A stretch of 248,000 bases of DNA from Hyalangium minutum. GTDB lineage: Bacteria; Myxococcota; Myxococcia; Myxococcales; Myxococcaceae. Below the pieces are notes generated by a model that did not search any database, had not been told where the DNA came from, and worked only from the letters and a program-made list of their open reading frames with translations. A program made the translations under genes and the position numbers. Shown piece by piece: positions 145,801-155,341 of the stretch; within the stretch, counting starts at the first letter, position 1; each line of letters starts with the position of its first letter. Where the stretch lies: positions 764,001-1,012,000 of the forward strand of contig NZ_JMCB01000006.1 in the NCBI RefSeq assembly GCF_000737315.1, in the 5' to 3' direction.

Positions 145801-147209
145801 GCGGCATGGCGCTGGTGGACATCCGCACGGGCCACACGGTGTGGAGCTTCTTCCACGGGGATGGACAGAACCGCTCGGAGAACCTGCGCTACCCGATTGG
145901 CGCGGGCCTGTCGCTGCTCGACATCGGCCGGGGCAACAACCCCAGCGCGGATGCGGATCAGCTCTTCGACTCGGCCACGGTGGGCGACTACGGCGGCCAG
146001 CTGTGGATGGTGCGCATGTGGAAGCCGGGCGTGTGGGACTCCAGCACGAAGCGGGTGAACAACTGGTTCGCCGCGCGCTCCTTCCGCGTGGCGAACCTGG
146101 CGGGGAAGACGGCGGACCCCGAGGCCATGCGTGCGCCGTTCACCTATATGACCCTCAACGCCCTGCAGCCCGACACCGGCTTCCTGCGCACCTTCGTGGG
146201 CACCGGTGACCGGGAGAACCTGCTCGAGAAGGGCACCGCGTGCCGGCTGTCCAACCCGCGCGCCTGCGCCGCGCAGGGCTGCGGCGTCAACAACACGCTC
146301 ACCGTCGAGCGAGGCGGCTCCACCGTGTACACCAGCAACGCCACGTACCAGAACTACCACTACAGCTCCGGCACCGTCTCCACGGGCAGCCCCGGCGCGT
146401 CCTGCGGCGGCGCGAAGGTGACGCTCGCGTGGAACAACGACGCGGCCAACGGCTGCGGCAACGCCAACGACGGCACGCTCGAGTACACGTGCGACGGTGA
146501 TACCTCCTCGTGGAGCTGCCGCGAGACGGCCAACACCTGGACGGCGCTCAACTACACCGAGGATGCCTCGCCCTACCCGCAGCGCTACTACGGCGTGTGG
146601 ACGTACGGCGGCACGGATCCGCTGCGCCGCTTCGACAGCGACGCGGAGGCCACGGCGTACGACGGCACCCTCTTCTCGGATGCCGACCTGGTGAACGTCA
146701 GCCAGTTCGACTCGGCGGGAGCGGTCGCCGGGAGCCAGCAGTCGGCGGCGCCCTCGGGCAAGGGCTGGTACATCGACTACGCCGTGCCCAACGAGCGCAC
146801 CGGTACCACCGGCAGCCTGGTGAGCGGCTGCGTGCTGTGGAGCTCGTTCGAGCCCAGCGGGGCGCCGGGCGCGGTGTGCTCGACGACGGGCACCAACGTG
146901 GCGCGGCTGTACCAGGCCAACTTCGCCACGGGCGTGGCCAACTGCGCGCAGAGCTTCTACACGCAGAGCTCGGATAAGTGGGCGCGCTACCACCAGAGCA
147001 CCACGGTGGCCGCTCCCGCGGAGCCGGCCATGCAGGTGTCCATCGGCGGTGGCGTGGTGTCCATCGACCTCAACCAGCAGGGCCCGAGCCAGCAGGCCTC
147101 CACCCGCGTCCAGCAGAGCGACGAGGGCGTCCGCTCGCTCTACCAGCTGGAGGTGGATCAGCGCGGCCACGAGTGCCGCCACGACGGTGTGGCCATCTCG
147201 TGTGACTGA
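142827..147209 (+). CDS. pilY1: PilY1-like adhesin (vWA plus PilC beta-propeller)
   Basis: LDTSGSM, ITDGEP, GSNGGMLHAF, ELWAFIP. Confidence 0.85.
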   Translation: MQQSWISILRRVCLAVAMLGVVGGAHAELGDASANSAACCQLTTSLVNDVLHGTDVSGDERFFSAEGAPPNIHFLLDTSGSMRELPQVENSDHITFFNLTVNGCENPRLDAFAASRGWDASHVYPVPDVGTGMGSDTGFPNLFQDDKFYGYLYWADLGNPPAQWNTREQACQSQVPNWSTTGGAEYARCLSCLSTKGYYKVPGTMGRNTPPLENLNFMFWGRYLNFNPPKYVTAKAVLKSVIKDLRRVRAGISHFSNSAPNTVLLKEQHPSCQQIANDASAFDGERASYINSVNGLTFTTGTPLARSLLNVGYYFTSEDTVYRDVFGFGSGFSYPGAFKNPALTSQGRSVCWGCQTSSVIIITDGEPSGDTLSSTVVTKLRTLNGGPVYCPDSAPCGGGTTATRDKGSDPAVYTDDNQNYLLDDVAKLLYEKDLQSHTPPIVGDFNTAGKQNVLTYTVGFGINSPFLKNTAEVGGGLYYTADDATGLKQALLDIITNVQTRSTSFSSAAASTLQVRSASATLIPRFKPARAKTDPWQGFLYRFDQGPERLLGCNPTNPAAGGDLNQDGDCDDTLLLDAAGDAIIENDEGDFVKLLSPTTPAVPFWEAGQKLKAGTEKWKTRRIFTLVDGNGDGKLDSQDAPVAFTEANAGVLREYLGISQNPSVCSDLATRLGEPSLSPEDCTKLIIRWYRGADALNPDPSLREQDRPFLLHDIFHSSPVSVEPPSPSRFCGFSQQCLTVLFSGSTVQAESTLPSGVSVKAYEAYQSEAGNRDKIILVGSNGGMLHAFHNGQALPSGAVDSLTGQVQYDAGTGEELWAFIPPDMLPKLRPNLGKHGYFVDGTPMVRDVWLDGMEGEPADGKKQWKEYRTVAVVGTGRGGVHRFALDLTRLLGRNPGDTATRVPDQAGDFLWMWPQPCDPLALQVGEAFTNFAPRPPPVGPVALTEVADNALRDMSSTGHPSETPWLIDGTPARERWVVAFNGGFDEHMLRGRGMALVDIRTGHTVWSFFHGDGQNRSENLRYPIGAGLSLLDIGRGNNPSADADQLFDSATVGDYGGQLWMVRMWKPGVWDSSTKRVNNWFAARSFRVANLAGKTADPEAMRAPFTYMTLNALQPDTGFLRTFVGTGDRENLLEKGTACRLSNPRACAAQGCGVNNTLTVERGGSTVYTSNATYQNYHYSSGTVSTGSPGASCGGAKVTLAWNNDAANGCGNANDGTLEYTCDGDTSSWSCRETANTWTALNYTEDASPYPQRYYGVWTYGGTDPLRRFDSDAEATAYDGTLFSDADLVNVSQFDSAGAVAGSQQSAAPSGKGWYIDYAVPNERTGTTGSLVSGCVLWSSFEPSGAPGAVCSTTGTNVARLYQANFATGVANCAQSFYTQSSDKWARYHQSTTVAAPAEPAMQVSIGGGVVSIDLNQQGPSQQASTRVQQSDEGVRSLYQLEVDQRGHECRHDGVAISCD

Positions 147210-147222
147210 CGGCTGAAACACG

Positions 147223-147261
147223 AAGGGCTCGGAACCGGTGCACGGGTTCCGAGCCCTTTTT
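147223..147261 (+). terminator. intrinsic terminator
   Basis: AAGGGCTCGGAACC-loop-GGTTCCGAGCCCTT followed by a T run. Confidence 0.8.
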
Positions 147262-147292
147262 CATGCGGGCGCTGGCGCCCGGTCTTCAAGGA

Positions 147293-148231
147293 CTACTTGG
147301 GAGCGGCAGCGGCCTCGGCCTGCTTGGCGGCCTCGGCAGCGGCAGCCGCCTGCTTCTCCTTGAACTTCTTCTGGGTCTCGGTGAACTTGGCGGTGAGCTC
147401 CTCGTACTGCTTCTGGAACTCCTGAGCGCGCTTGTCGTGCTCCGTCGCCCGGGCCATGGCCGCGTCCGCGATGGCCTTCTTCTTGGCCTCCTTGGCCTCC
147501 TGCAGGGAGATCTTCGCCATGTTCTGCTCGTGCATGGCGTACTTGGCCACGGCGATGCGCTTGTTGATGTACGTGAAGGGGTACTCGGGGTTGAGCGCGA
147601 TCACTTGGTCCAGGTAGGCCAGCGCCTTGTCCAGGTGCTCGGGCACCGCGGGGCCGTCCTTGCTCTCCACGCCGCCGCGCTTGGAGTAGATGGCCGCCAG
147701 CCAGCCCAGGCTCGCCTCGTCCTTCGGGTTGAGCTTGACGGCCTCGTTGAACTTGGCCTCGGCCACGTCCAGGTTGCCGGCCTTCAGGTACTGGTCGGCG
147801 ATGACGCGCCACAGCTCCGCCTTCTCCGCGGCCGACTCCTTGGCATCGAGCACCTTCACGAGCGCCTTCTCGGCGTCCTCGGGCTGCCCGGCCTGCCGGA
147901 ACTCGTCCGCGATGACGCGGTACATCTCGTCCCGCTTCACGTTCGGGTCCTTGGTGACCTCCACGTACTTGATGAGGGCCTCGGCGGCCTTCTGGTGCTC
148001 GCCGACCTGCTGGTGGGCGAAGGCCTTCTCCTTCCACGTCTTCTCGGAGTTCGGATCGGCCTGGATGGCCAGCTCGTACTGCTCGATGGCGAGCTTGAAC
148101 TCCTTCTTGTTGAGGTGGTTGGTGGCCTTGGCGCGGGCCTCCTTTGCGGGGTCCGGCTTGTCGCTACAGCCCACAGTCCCCGTGAGGGTGAGCACTCCCA
148201 GCACCAGCCCTACGCGTCCCAGCTTCTTCAT
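147293..148231 (-). CDS. TPR lipoprotein
   Basis: Lipobox TVGC; TPR repeats. Confidence 0.8.
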   Translation of the reverse strand: MKKLGRVGLVLGVLTLTGTVGCSDKPDPAKEARAKATNHLNKKEFKLAIEQYELAIQADPNSEKTWKEKAFAHQQVGEHQKAAEALIKYVEVTKDPNVKRDEMYRVIADEFRQAGQPEDAEKALVKVLDAKESAAEKAELWRVIADQYLKAGNLDVAEAKFNEAVKLNPKDEASLGWLAAIYSKRGGVESKDGPAVPEHLDKALAYLDQVIALNPEYPFTYINKRIAVAKYAMHEQNMAKISLQEAKEAKKKAIADAAMARATEHDKRAQEFQKQYEELTAKFTETQKKFKEKQAAAAAEAAKQAEAAAAPK

Positions 148232-148441
148232 GCACATGCCTTTCGAGCGGTACCGGACCCGCGGGAGCTCCGGCACAGTTTGAAATGAGGTGGCCTCGGA
148301 CGGCGCATTGTGGGCGCGCCGAACCGTGTGGCGCGGCAGCATACCCGAAGTCGATCCGAGCGCCCCCTCCCGGGTTTCTTCCCTGGCTCCTACCCAGGGA
148401 AGGGGGCAAGCCTCATCTCATTGCGTCAAAAGGCGGCACTT

Positions 148442-148720
148442 CTAGGGTTTGTCACCGGGAAACTGGGCCCAATAGCCCTCGGGCAGTGGGTTGTTGCCCC
148501 GGTCGCTGCGCGGGCCGTCTCCATCTGGGATGTCATCCACACCCCCGATGTCCGGGTGCTCCTCCTCCTCCTCGGTGCTCTTGCGGGAGTGATGAGGGCT
148601 CCCGCCGGGCGCATCGTGGGTGGGACGCTGGGCGGGCTCCTCATGCCTCGGGCTCGTCGGGCGCCCGAACATGTCCTCGGCTGGCTGGGGTCCTGGCTGC
148701 TTCGTTTCCTTCTGGGCCAT
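148442..148720 (-). CDS. small hypothetical protein
   Basis: GGAGGA RBS. Confidence 0.5.
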   Translation of the reverse strand: MAQKETKQPGPQPAEDMFGRPTSPRHEEPAQRPTHDAPGGSPHHSRKSTEEEEEHPDIGGVDDIPDGDGPRSDRGNNPLPEGYWAQFPGDKP

Positions 148721-148858
148721 GATGGAAGTCCTCCTCCGGCATCAACGGTCATGGCGCAGGCGGCCCGCCGCAACGGGAGGGAAATGCAGGGCCCCCGGGC
148801 AGGCGAGGGAGCGGGCGCAGGGTGTGGGTGGAAGGCCAGCGCATGCGGGGCCGGTGAC

Positions 148859-149617
148859 TCAGCGCGGGGGCACGCGCCCGCCAATCTCCGGGAAGCGCTC
148901 GTAAGCGCGCGCGAGCGCCTCCAGGTGCGCGGGGTTGTCGAGATCGAGTGGCGTCTCTGTGAGCCGAACGACCCACCCGCCCGTCGCTGTGCGCCGCGCC
149001 CGAGAGAGCAGGTCCGCGTCGCGGGCAGGATCCGGGAACCCGAGGGCCTGTGCGGTGGCTGCCGACCAGTAGTTCAGCCACCCGAGATAATGGGGGATCT
149101 CAGACGAGCGGAGGTGCTTGGGAAGGTTGAGCGCTGGGAGCCCCCGGGGCGGAACATGCGGTTGATCCATCGAGTGTCGAAACTGTTTCGCTACCTCCGA
149201 CGCCACTCCGTTCGGCAACACGCGCCCCCAGAATGCGCGTGCGCCTTCCGCCACACCTTCCAGCATCTCCGCCGCCGCCGCGATGCTGGCCGCATCGAGT
149301 GGCAGCTCTGCATGGACATCGAGTAACGGCTGGCCGCCCGGCGCTTGGCGCCCGGATGTCCGCAACCCATAAACCGTCACGGGATAACTCTCGTCGCCGT
149401 TGCACAGCAGTGGGAACTCCCCGCGCGCGGCCGCCTCAGCGAGCCACCCATCGCGTCGCGGCAACGCGAGGGGCCGCCCCGCCTTTGACAGCTCCCATTC
149501 CAAGCGCACACGGGAGAGCGCTCGTTCGATTCCGTGGACGACTGCGAGCGTGCGACCGTCGTCGCCCACAAGCGCAGGCGCGAAGACGATGAGGATCAGG
149601 GTTCTCTGCTGGGTCAT
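148859..149617 (-). CDS. DUF5953-like immunity protein
   Basis: LGWLNYWSA; follows the DUF6310 gene. Confidence 0.7.
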   Translation of the reverse strand: MTQQRTLILIVFAPALVGDDGRTLAVVHGIERALSRVRLEWELSKAGRPLALPRRDGWLAEAAARGEFPLLCNGDESYPVTVYGLRTSGRQAPGGQPLLDVHAELPLDAASIAAAAEMLEGVAEGARAFWGRVLPNGVASEVAKQFRHSMDQPHVPPRGLPALNLPKHLRSSEIPHYLGWLNYWSAATAQALGFPDPARDADLLSRARRTATGGWVVRLTETPLDLDNPAHLEALARAYERFPEIGGRVPPR

Positions 149618-150327
149618 CGCTTGCACCCCGTGACGACGATATTGAGGAGTGGCTCCTGTTCGAGCAACGCGTCTTTGTGCTCTTGGGTGCTCACCCCAAC
149701 GACGAAGCCATAGCCACATGCCTCGGCGATGTCCCGCTCTTCCCGCAGCAACGGCACTTGCTCCTGGATCGTCATCCGCCGGATGAAGTCAGGGTACGTG
149801 TCAAATCGATGCGTCTTGATCTCCCACAGCACGCGCACGCCGACTTGCAGCGCATCAAAGCGCACACCGCCCACGAGCACGTCATTGCCGGGGTAGCGGT
149901 TCGGCGGAAACTGATCGGCGCACGCGTCATGCGGGTCATCCTCGCCCGCGTGCGGCACTGGGGTGGGCGCGCACTCTGGGCGGCGGCGCTCCGTCGTCAC
150001 CGGGGCAGGCGGAACCCTCCTGTTCGCGCTGGACCTCTCCGGTGTGGGGTTCGCCTCCGGCTCCTGCGAGGCCCGGGGAGAGTCTCCGGCCCAAAGGCCC
150101 GGCTCCTGGGTGGGTGGCAACACGCGCTGATGCGGGCTCCGCGGCAGGGGCTGGGGGCGAACCTGCCCTGGCTGCCCGCGGGTGGGCAGGCCCGTGCCGG
150201 GCACAGCGGGTGGACGCACAGGCGCCCAGGCGTAGGTCTCAGGCTCCTTTTGAGAGGTGGCGCACCCAGCTAAGACTGTGGCAACGGCAACGGCTTGGCG
150301 GAGTGCGCTGCAAGTTCGGAAGTTCAT
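149614..150327 (-). CDS. DUF6310-like lipoprotein toxin (REase-like)
   Basis: Lipobox LAGC; FDALQ..WEIKT. Confidence 0.7.
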   Translation of the reverse strand: MNFRTCSALRQAVAVATVLAGCATSQKEPETYAWAPVRPPAVPGTGLPTRGQPGQVRPQPLPRSPHQRVLPPTQEPGLWAGDSPRASQEPEANPTPERSSANRRVPPAPVTTERRRPECAPTPVPHAGEDDPHDACADQFPPNRYPGNDVLVGGVRFDALQVGVRVLWEIKTHRFDTYPDFIRRMTIQEQVPLLREERDIAEACGYGFVVGVSTQEHKDALLEQEPLLNIVVTGCKR

Positions 150328-150384
150328 GCCTCGACCTTTCATCGAGGGGGGCGGAGCGGGTCAAGCCAGGACAGCAGCCAAGCG

Positions 150385-150655
150385 GCAAGGCCCCCTGCAT
150401 CGAGGCCCACCACATCGCCACCATCTGCAACGACATGTCCACCGCATGCGGGGGAGCGTGGACGCCGAGGTTCCGGGAGAGCTTCGCGAAGGCCGGGATG
150501 ACGCTGCGTCCTTAAGGAACTCGCCGATGCAACGGCGACCTGTCGCAGCGTTGTCGAATGCTAGGAGGCATTGACCGGGCAACTGCGGAAACTGGCCAAG
150601 CAAATCTCCACCCCCGGAACAGAACTGAACCAGCTCGGCACCCGGCAGCCACCCC
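150385..150655 (+). pseudogene. AHH toxin C-terminal remnant with internal deletion
   Basis: CIEAHHIATICND..TELNQL similar to 43260-43570 but lacking the GH.GPH segment. Confidence 0.7.
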
Positions 150656-150865
150656 AGGGACGCAGCGGCTCACCGTGCGCGGCGCCGTCCGCGTGCCTGC
150701 TGGCTTTGGTGTGAGCGACTGGGGAGCTTGGCGGGTCCGAGCAGTAGGGTGTTCTTCAAGAATTGCTGGATTTTATTCCTGTGTGACAGTCTGGCCAGCG
150801 CGTCTTTGGATCCGTGGGCAGGCAGGAAGGCCACCGGGTTACGCTTCCGCTTCAGGGGACCGCTA

Positions 150866-151243
150866 ATGACGATTCGCAAGGTGCTCCTCGTTGATGACGA
150901 GGAGGACATCCGCACCGTGGGCCACCTGAGCCTGAAGCGCGTGGGGGGCTGGCAGACCGTGCTGGCCGCCTCGGGCGCCGAGGCCGTGGCGCTCGCCGCC
151001 GCCGAGAAGCCGGACGTCATCCTCCTGGACGTGATGATGCCCGGCATGGATGGGCCCACCACCTTCGGGCAGCTCCGAGCCCAGGAGGCCACCGCGCACA
151101 CGCCCATCATCTTCATGACGGCGAAGATCCAGAAGCAGGAGGTGGCGCGCTACCTGGAGCTGGGCGCTGCGGGCGTCATCAGCAAGCCGTTCGATCCCAT
151201 GACGCTGCCCACCGAGATCCGAAAGCTGCTGCCGTCGACCTGA
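150866..151243 (+). CDS. single-domain response regulator
   Basis: LVDD, DVMMP, KPF. Confidence 0.9.
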   Translation: MTIRKVLLVDDEEDIRTVGHLSLKRVGGWQTVLAASGAEAVALAAAEKPDVILLDVMMPGMDGPTTFGQLRAQEATAHTPIIFMTAKIQKQEVARYLELGAAGVISKPFDPMTLPTEIRKLLPST

Positions 151244-151277
151244 GACCGTGGAGGACGTGGGTGGAGAGGGTGGCCTC

Positions 151278-153302
151278 ATGAGCAGCATCGTCCTGTTTCT
151301 CGAGAAGGATCGCGAGCTGCAGACCGTGATGCCCGCGTTCCTGCGGGAGCGGGGCTTCCGTGTGGAGTGCGCCCGGAGCGTGCAGGAGGCGCGCGCGGTG
151401 CTCGCGAGCATGCCGGTGGACGCGGCCGTGGTGGACAGCCTGCTGCCGGGCATGGTGGGCCTGGACTTCCTCCAGGAGCTGCGCCGGGCGAAGCCCACGC
151501 TGCCCATCCTCCTGGCCTCGCGGATGTGGAAGGACGTGAAGGGCCGCGAGCAGTTCCTGAAGGAACTGCGAGTCACGCGCATCCTCCAGAAGCCGTACAC
151601 GCCGCAGGAGCTCTTCATCTGGGTGGAGCAGGCCCTGGCGCGGCAGTGGGTGGAGCAGACCTTGGCGCGGCAGCGGCCGGGTCCGGTGGCGGGCAAGCCT
151701 CCCCTCCCCGCGGATGTCTCGGAGGAGCTGGCTGCGGCGAACGCCGAGTATGGCCGGCACCTGAAGCGGCGCCTGGCCTCGCTCACGGAGGCGCTGGCCC
151801 AGGCGCGCACGGGCTCGGCCGAGTCGGTGGAGGCCCTGTACTACGACGCGCACAAGCTCCATGGCTCGGCGGGCTCGTTCGGCTTCGCGCCGGTGGGCGA
151901 GGCGGCGGGACGGCTGGAGGCGCTGGTGAAGCCCGCGCGCGCGGGCCAGGCGGTGGACTGGGCGGCCATCGAGGCCTCGCTGAAGGAGCTGGCGGAGACC
152001 CTCCATTCCCCCGCTCCGAAGGCGGTGGAGGCGCCCAAGCCCACGAGCTTGATGGGCTCGGTGCTGGTGGTGGACGACGACGCGGAATGGCTGGCCGAAG
152101 TGGAGCGGATGGGCAAGGCGCAGGAGGTGAAAGTCCTCACGGCCCAGGACATGGACGAGGCGGTGGAGCGGGCGCGCGGGCAGTGGCTGGACGGCGCGCT
152201 GCTGCACGTGCACTTGGGCGGCCCGGAGGGAGGCTTCGAGGCGGCGGCACGGCTGAGGAGCCAGAAGCTGTGGGACTCACTGCCCCTGGCCTTCTTCAGC
152301 GCGGACGGAGACCTGGCGCACCGTGTGGCGGCGGCTCACGCCGGAGGCTCGCTGTACCTGCCCAAGCCCTTCGCGACGGCGGACCTCATTGGAGCGGTGG
152401 AGCGGCTGGTGGCGGCCCGGCGGCCGGAGCGCTCGCGCGTGCTGGTGCTGGCGGATGACGAGGAGGCGCGCAGTGCGATCAGCCATGCGGTCGCCGGGCA
152501 CCGCGTGGAGGTGACGGCGCTGACGGATCCGTTCCGGCTGCTGGACGCGCTGGCCGAGCACCGCCCGGAGTTGCTGGTGCTGGATGTGGAGCTGCCAGGT
152601 CCGAGCGGCTTTGACTTGTGCCGCATCATCCGCTCCATGCCGGAGTGGGAGGAGTTGCCCATCCTCCTCATCACCACGCAGCAGGGGGCCGAGTTCCGGG
152701 TGGCGGCCTTCGAGGCGGGGGCGGACGACTACCTCACGCGGCCGGTGCTGCACGAGGAGCTGGTGGCGCGCATGCACTCGCGGCTGGAGCGGGTGCGCCT
152801 GGCGCGCGAGCGCTCCGAGCGGGATGCGCTCACCGGGCTGCTCCTGCGCCGGCCCTTCCTCGAGGCCCTGCGTGCCCGGCTGTCCGAGGGCCGACGCCAG
152901 CAGCGGCCGCTGGCGCTGTGCTTCCTGGATGTGGATCACTTCAAGCAGGTGAATGACACCCATGGTCACGTGGCGGGGGACCATGTGCTCGCGCGGCTGG
153001 GGCGGCTGCTGACCACGCGCTTCCGCCGCGAGGACCTGCGCGGCCGGTGGGGCGGCGAGGAGTTCGTCGTGGCGCTGGCGGGCGAGACGGCCGCGAGCGC
153101 CAAGGAGATCCTCACTCGCACGGCGGCGGAGCTGGCCGCGGTGAAGTTCTCGGGCGACCACGGCGAGTCCTTCCAGATCACCTTCAGCGCCGGCATCGTC
153201 GAGGCCCCCAGGGACGGCGAGGACGCCGAGACACTGCTGCGTGAGGCGGATGCACGCCTGTACCGCGCCAAGGCCAACGGCCGGAACCGCATCGAGCTCT
153301 GA
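151278..153302 (+). CDS. REC-Hpt-REC-REC-GGDEF diguanylate cyclase
   Basis: AHKLHGSAG Hpt; RWGGEEF. Confidence 0.9.
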   Translation: MSSIVLFLEKDRELQTVMPAFLRERGFRVECARSVQEARAVLASMPVDAAVVDSLLPGMVGLDFLQELRRAKPTLPILLASRMWKDVKGREQFLKELRVTRILQKPYTPQELFIWVEQALARQWVEQTLARQRPGPVAGKPPLPADVSEELAAANAEYGRHLKRRLASLTEALAQARTGSAESVEALYYDAHKLHGSAGSFGFAPVGEAAGRLEALVKPARAGQAVDWAAIEASLKELAETLHSPAPKAVEAPKPTSLMGSVLVVDDDAEWLAEVERMGKAQEVKVLTAQDMDEAVERARGQWLDGALLHVHLGGPEGGFEAAARLRSQKLWDSLPLAFFSADGDLAHRVAAAHAGGSLYLPKPFATADLIGAVERLVAARRPERSRVLVLADDEEARSAISHAVAGHRVEVTALTDPFRLLDALAEHRPELLVLDVELPGPSGFDLCRIIRSMPEWEELPILLITTQQGAEFRVAAFEAGADDYLTRPVLHEELVARMHSRLERVRLARERSERDALTGLLLRRPFLEALRARLSEGRRQQRPLALCFLDVDHFKQVNDTHGHVAGDHVLARLGRLLTTRFRREDLRGRWGGEEFVVALAGETAASAKEILTRTAAELAAVKFSGDHGESFQITFSAGIVEAPRDGEDAETLLREADARLYRAKANGRNRIEL

Positions 153303-153456
153303 TCCGGCAGTGAAAGCGTTCTGGGGTATTTCTTACAGAGCCAGGGCTGAAGTTCCTCCAGACGCAGTGTGTTCCACTGAGCCAAGCGGGTGATTTCTCA
153401 ACGGGGGAGAAGGGCCCGTGGTTTGCACTGGGAGGGGGACAGTTTGGAGTCACACC

Positions 153457-153735
153457 ATGTCCACTTCACCGCCAGTGCTCCCTCCTTATTACAGAGTCGA
153501 CCTGATGCCGGAGGCTTGGCGTGAGGTGGGATGTGTGACGTCGGAGGACTTTCAGGTGCTTCAGGACGTGATGCAGCTGCTGGCGGTCGAGGGCACGCCC
153601 TATGAGCCTGGCGAAGGTCGCCACACCCTCACCTTGGCGGGCTTCGAGGTGGAGTACACGCGCGACGATGTGGCCCGCGTCCTCACCCTGCACCGCGTGA
153701 CGCGGATGCTCCGGCGGCCGGGCGAGGCCGCCTAG
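153457..153735 (+). CDS. small hypothetical protein
   Basis: GGAG RBS. Confidence 0.55.
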   Translation: MSTSPPVLPPYYRVDLMPEAWREVGCVTSEDFQVLQDVMQLLAVEGTPYEPGEGRHTLTLAGFEVEYTRDDVARVLTLHRVTRMLRRPGEAA

Positions 153736-153747
153736 CGAGCGAGGGGC

Positions 153748-155325
153748 TCACGGCTCACGGAAGATCATCAGACCGCGCGAGCTGTCCACCCCGTACACAT
153801 ACCCGTCCCCAGGCACGCGCATGCCGAGCGCGCCTTCGTAGAAGCTGTAGCCGCGCTCGAAGTCCGTCTCCCGGAAGGTGTTGAAGTACGCGAGCTGCTT
153901 CGGCTGCGAGGGGTCGGACACATCGAACACCCGCACGCCCTCGTGGTACCACGCGGTGTAGAGCCGGGTGCCCACCAGCACCATGTTGTGGATGGAGGTC
154001 TGCTCGCGCAGCTGGAGCTCGCCGATCTTCACCGGCGCCTCGGGCTCCGTCACGTCCAGCACGCGCAGGTGCGCGCCGAAGTTCTCACCGCCCTCGAAGG
154101 CGATGGTGCGACCGTTGAGGGTGCCCACCGCGTTGGCGTGGCTGGTCTGGTTCGCGTACGCGTACCTGCCCAGCTGCTTCTCCTTCGTGGGGTCGGTGAC
154201 GTCCATGATGACGTAACCCAGGTTCCAGTGGTTGATGTAGAGCCGCCCCTCGTATGCGAACGCGTCATGGGGGTAGCCCGTGGTCTGCCCGTCCGGCACG
154301 CTGAAGCGGTTGAGCAGCACGGGCTGGGTGGGCTGGGTGATGTCGAAGATGAGCGTCTCGCTGTTGGGGCTCGGGGACATGGCGTACAGCCGGTCCCCCT
154401 CCACGAAGACGGTGTGCACGTCGATGGGGGCGCCTGGCACGTTCCTCAGAAACGCCGGGTTGGCCGGATCGCGGATGTCGAAGACGAGCACCCCGCGGGA
154501 CGCGCTGGCCACGTAGAGCGCGTCGCCCTTGGCCCACACGCCGTTCCAGTAGCTGTCCCCAGGCATCGTCACCGTGCGCCGGAAGCGGACGTCGCCAGGG
154601 GTCGACACGTCGAACACGGACAGGCCGCCGGTGCGGCCGTTCGAGTTCACCGACACCACGTAGGCGTGCTGCTTCGCCACGTAGATGTCCACGGGCAGGC
154701 CCAGGGGGATGAAGGACTCGGAGCCGAGCTGGAGGCCCTCGGCTTCCTGCTCGCCCTCGCGGCGGGTGGCGCGGAAGGCCTCGAAGGTGCCCGTGGAGCG
154801 CACCTGGCCGTTGCGGCAGACGACGTAGCAGCCGGTGAGCTGCTGCGCGTTGTTGAGCTGGCAGCCCGCGTAGGCCGTCAGGGAGGGTTCGCCGTTGGGC
154901 AGGGTGGACTCGCGGCGGAGATAGAAGGTGTCTCCGCTCCGGGAGTCCGCGCTGACGAGGCCACCCGAGAGGATGCTGGGGCTGGTTCCGCTGCCCAGCT
155001 TCATCGCGCCGGGGAACAGGATGCCGCCCGTGGAGGAGGCTGACGTCAGCGCGCGGTTCTTGAGGATGAAGACGCCCTCGGCGGGAGCGCTGGCCAGCGA
155101 GGCGCGATTGCACTGAGACAGGTTGAAGCGGCTCAGCTCTCCGCAGTCGCTGCCCACCTGGGTGGGGTGGATGCACGGCGCCAGGGCGCCCGTGTCGAGC
155201 GCATCGCCGGGCTCTTCGAGGATGGGCCAGGGGGTGTTGCTCTTCGGCGGCTCCTCCGAGGGGCAGCCCGTGCAGAAGAGGGCGCAAGCGGTGAGGCAGG
155301 CCCACGCGCCAAGGGTACGAGTCAT
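153748..155325 (-). CDS. LVIVD-repeat lipoprotein
   Basis: Repeated VFDV(S/T)DP. Confidence 0.8.
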   Translation of the reverse strand: MTRTLGAWACLTACALFCTGCPSEEPPKSNTPWPILEEPGDALDTGALAPCIHPTQVGSDCGELSRFNLSQCNRASLASAPAEGVFILKNRALTSASSTGGILFPGAMKLGSGTSPSILSGGLVSADSRSGDTFYLRRESTLPNGEPSLTAYAGCQLNNAQQLTGCYVVCRNGQVRSTGTFEAFRATRREGEQEAEGLQLGSESFIPLGLPVDIYVAKQHAYVVSVNSNGRTGGLSVFDVSTPGDVRFRRTVTMPGDSYWNGVWAKGDALYVASASRGVLVFDIRDPANPAFLRNVPGAPIDVHTVFVEGDRLYAMSPSPNSETLIFDITQPTQPVLLNRFSVPDGQTTGYPHDAFAYEGRLYINHWNLGYVIMDVTDPTKEKQLGRYAYANQTSHANAVGTLNGRTIAFEGGENFGAHLRVLDVTEPEAPVKIGELQLREQTSIHNMVLVGTRLYTAWYHEGVRVFDVSDPSQPKQLAYFNTFRETDFERGYSFYEGALGMRVPGDGYVYGVDSSRGLMIFREP

Positions 155326-155341
155326 GAAGGGGGCTCCGGGC

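Noticed and set aside
142560-147221. Very long antisense ORFs (also 172571-177862, 108262-112188, 130087-132825 and many shorter ones)
   Set aside because: They shadow real genes on the opposite strand, a known effect of high GC3 bias, and show no recognisable domains.
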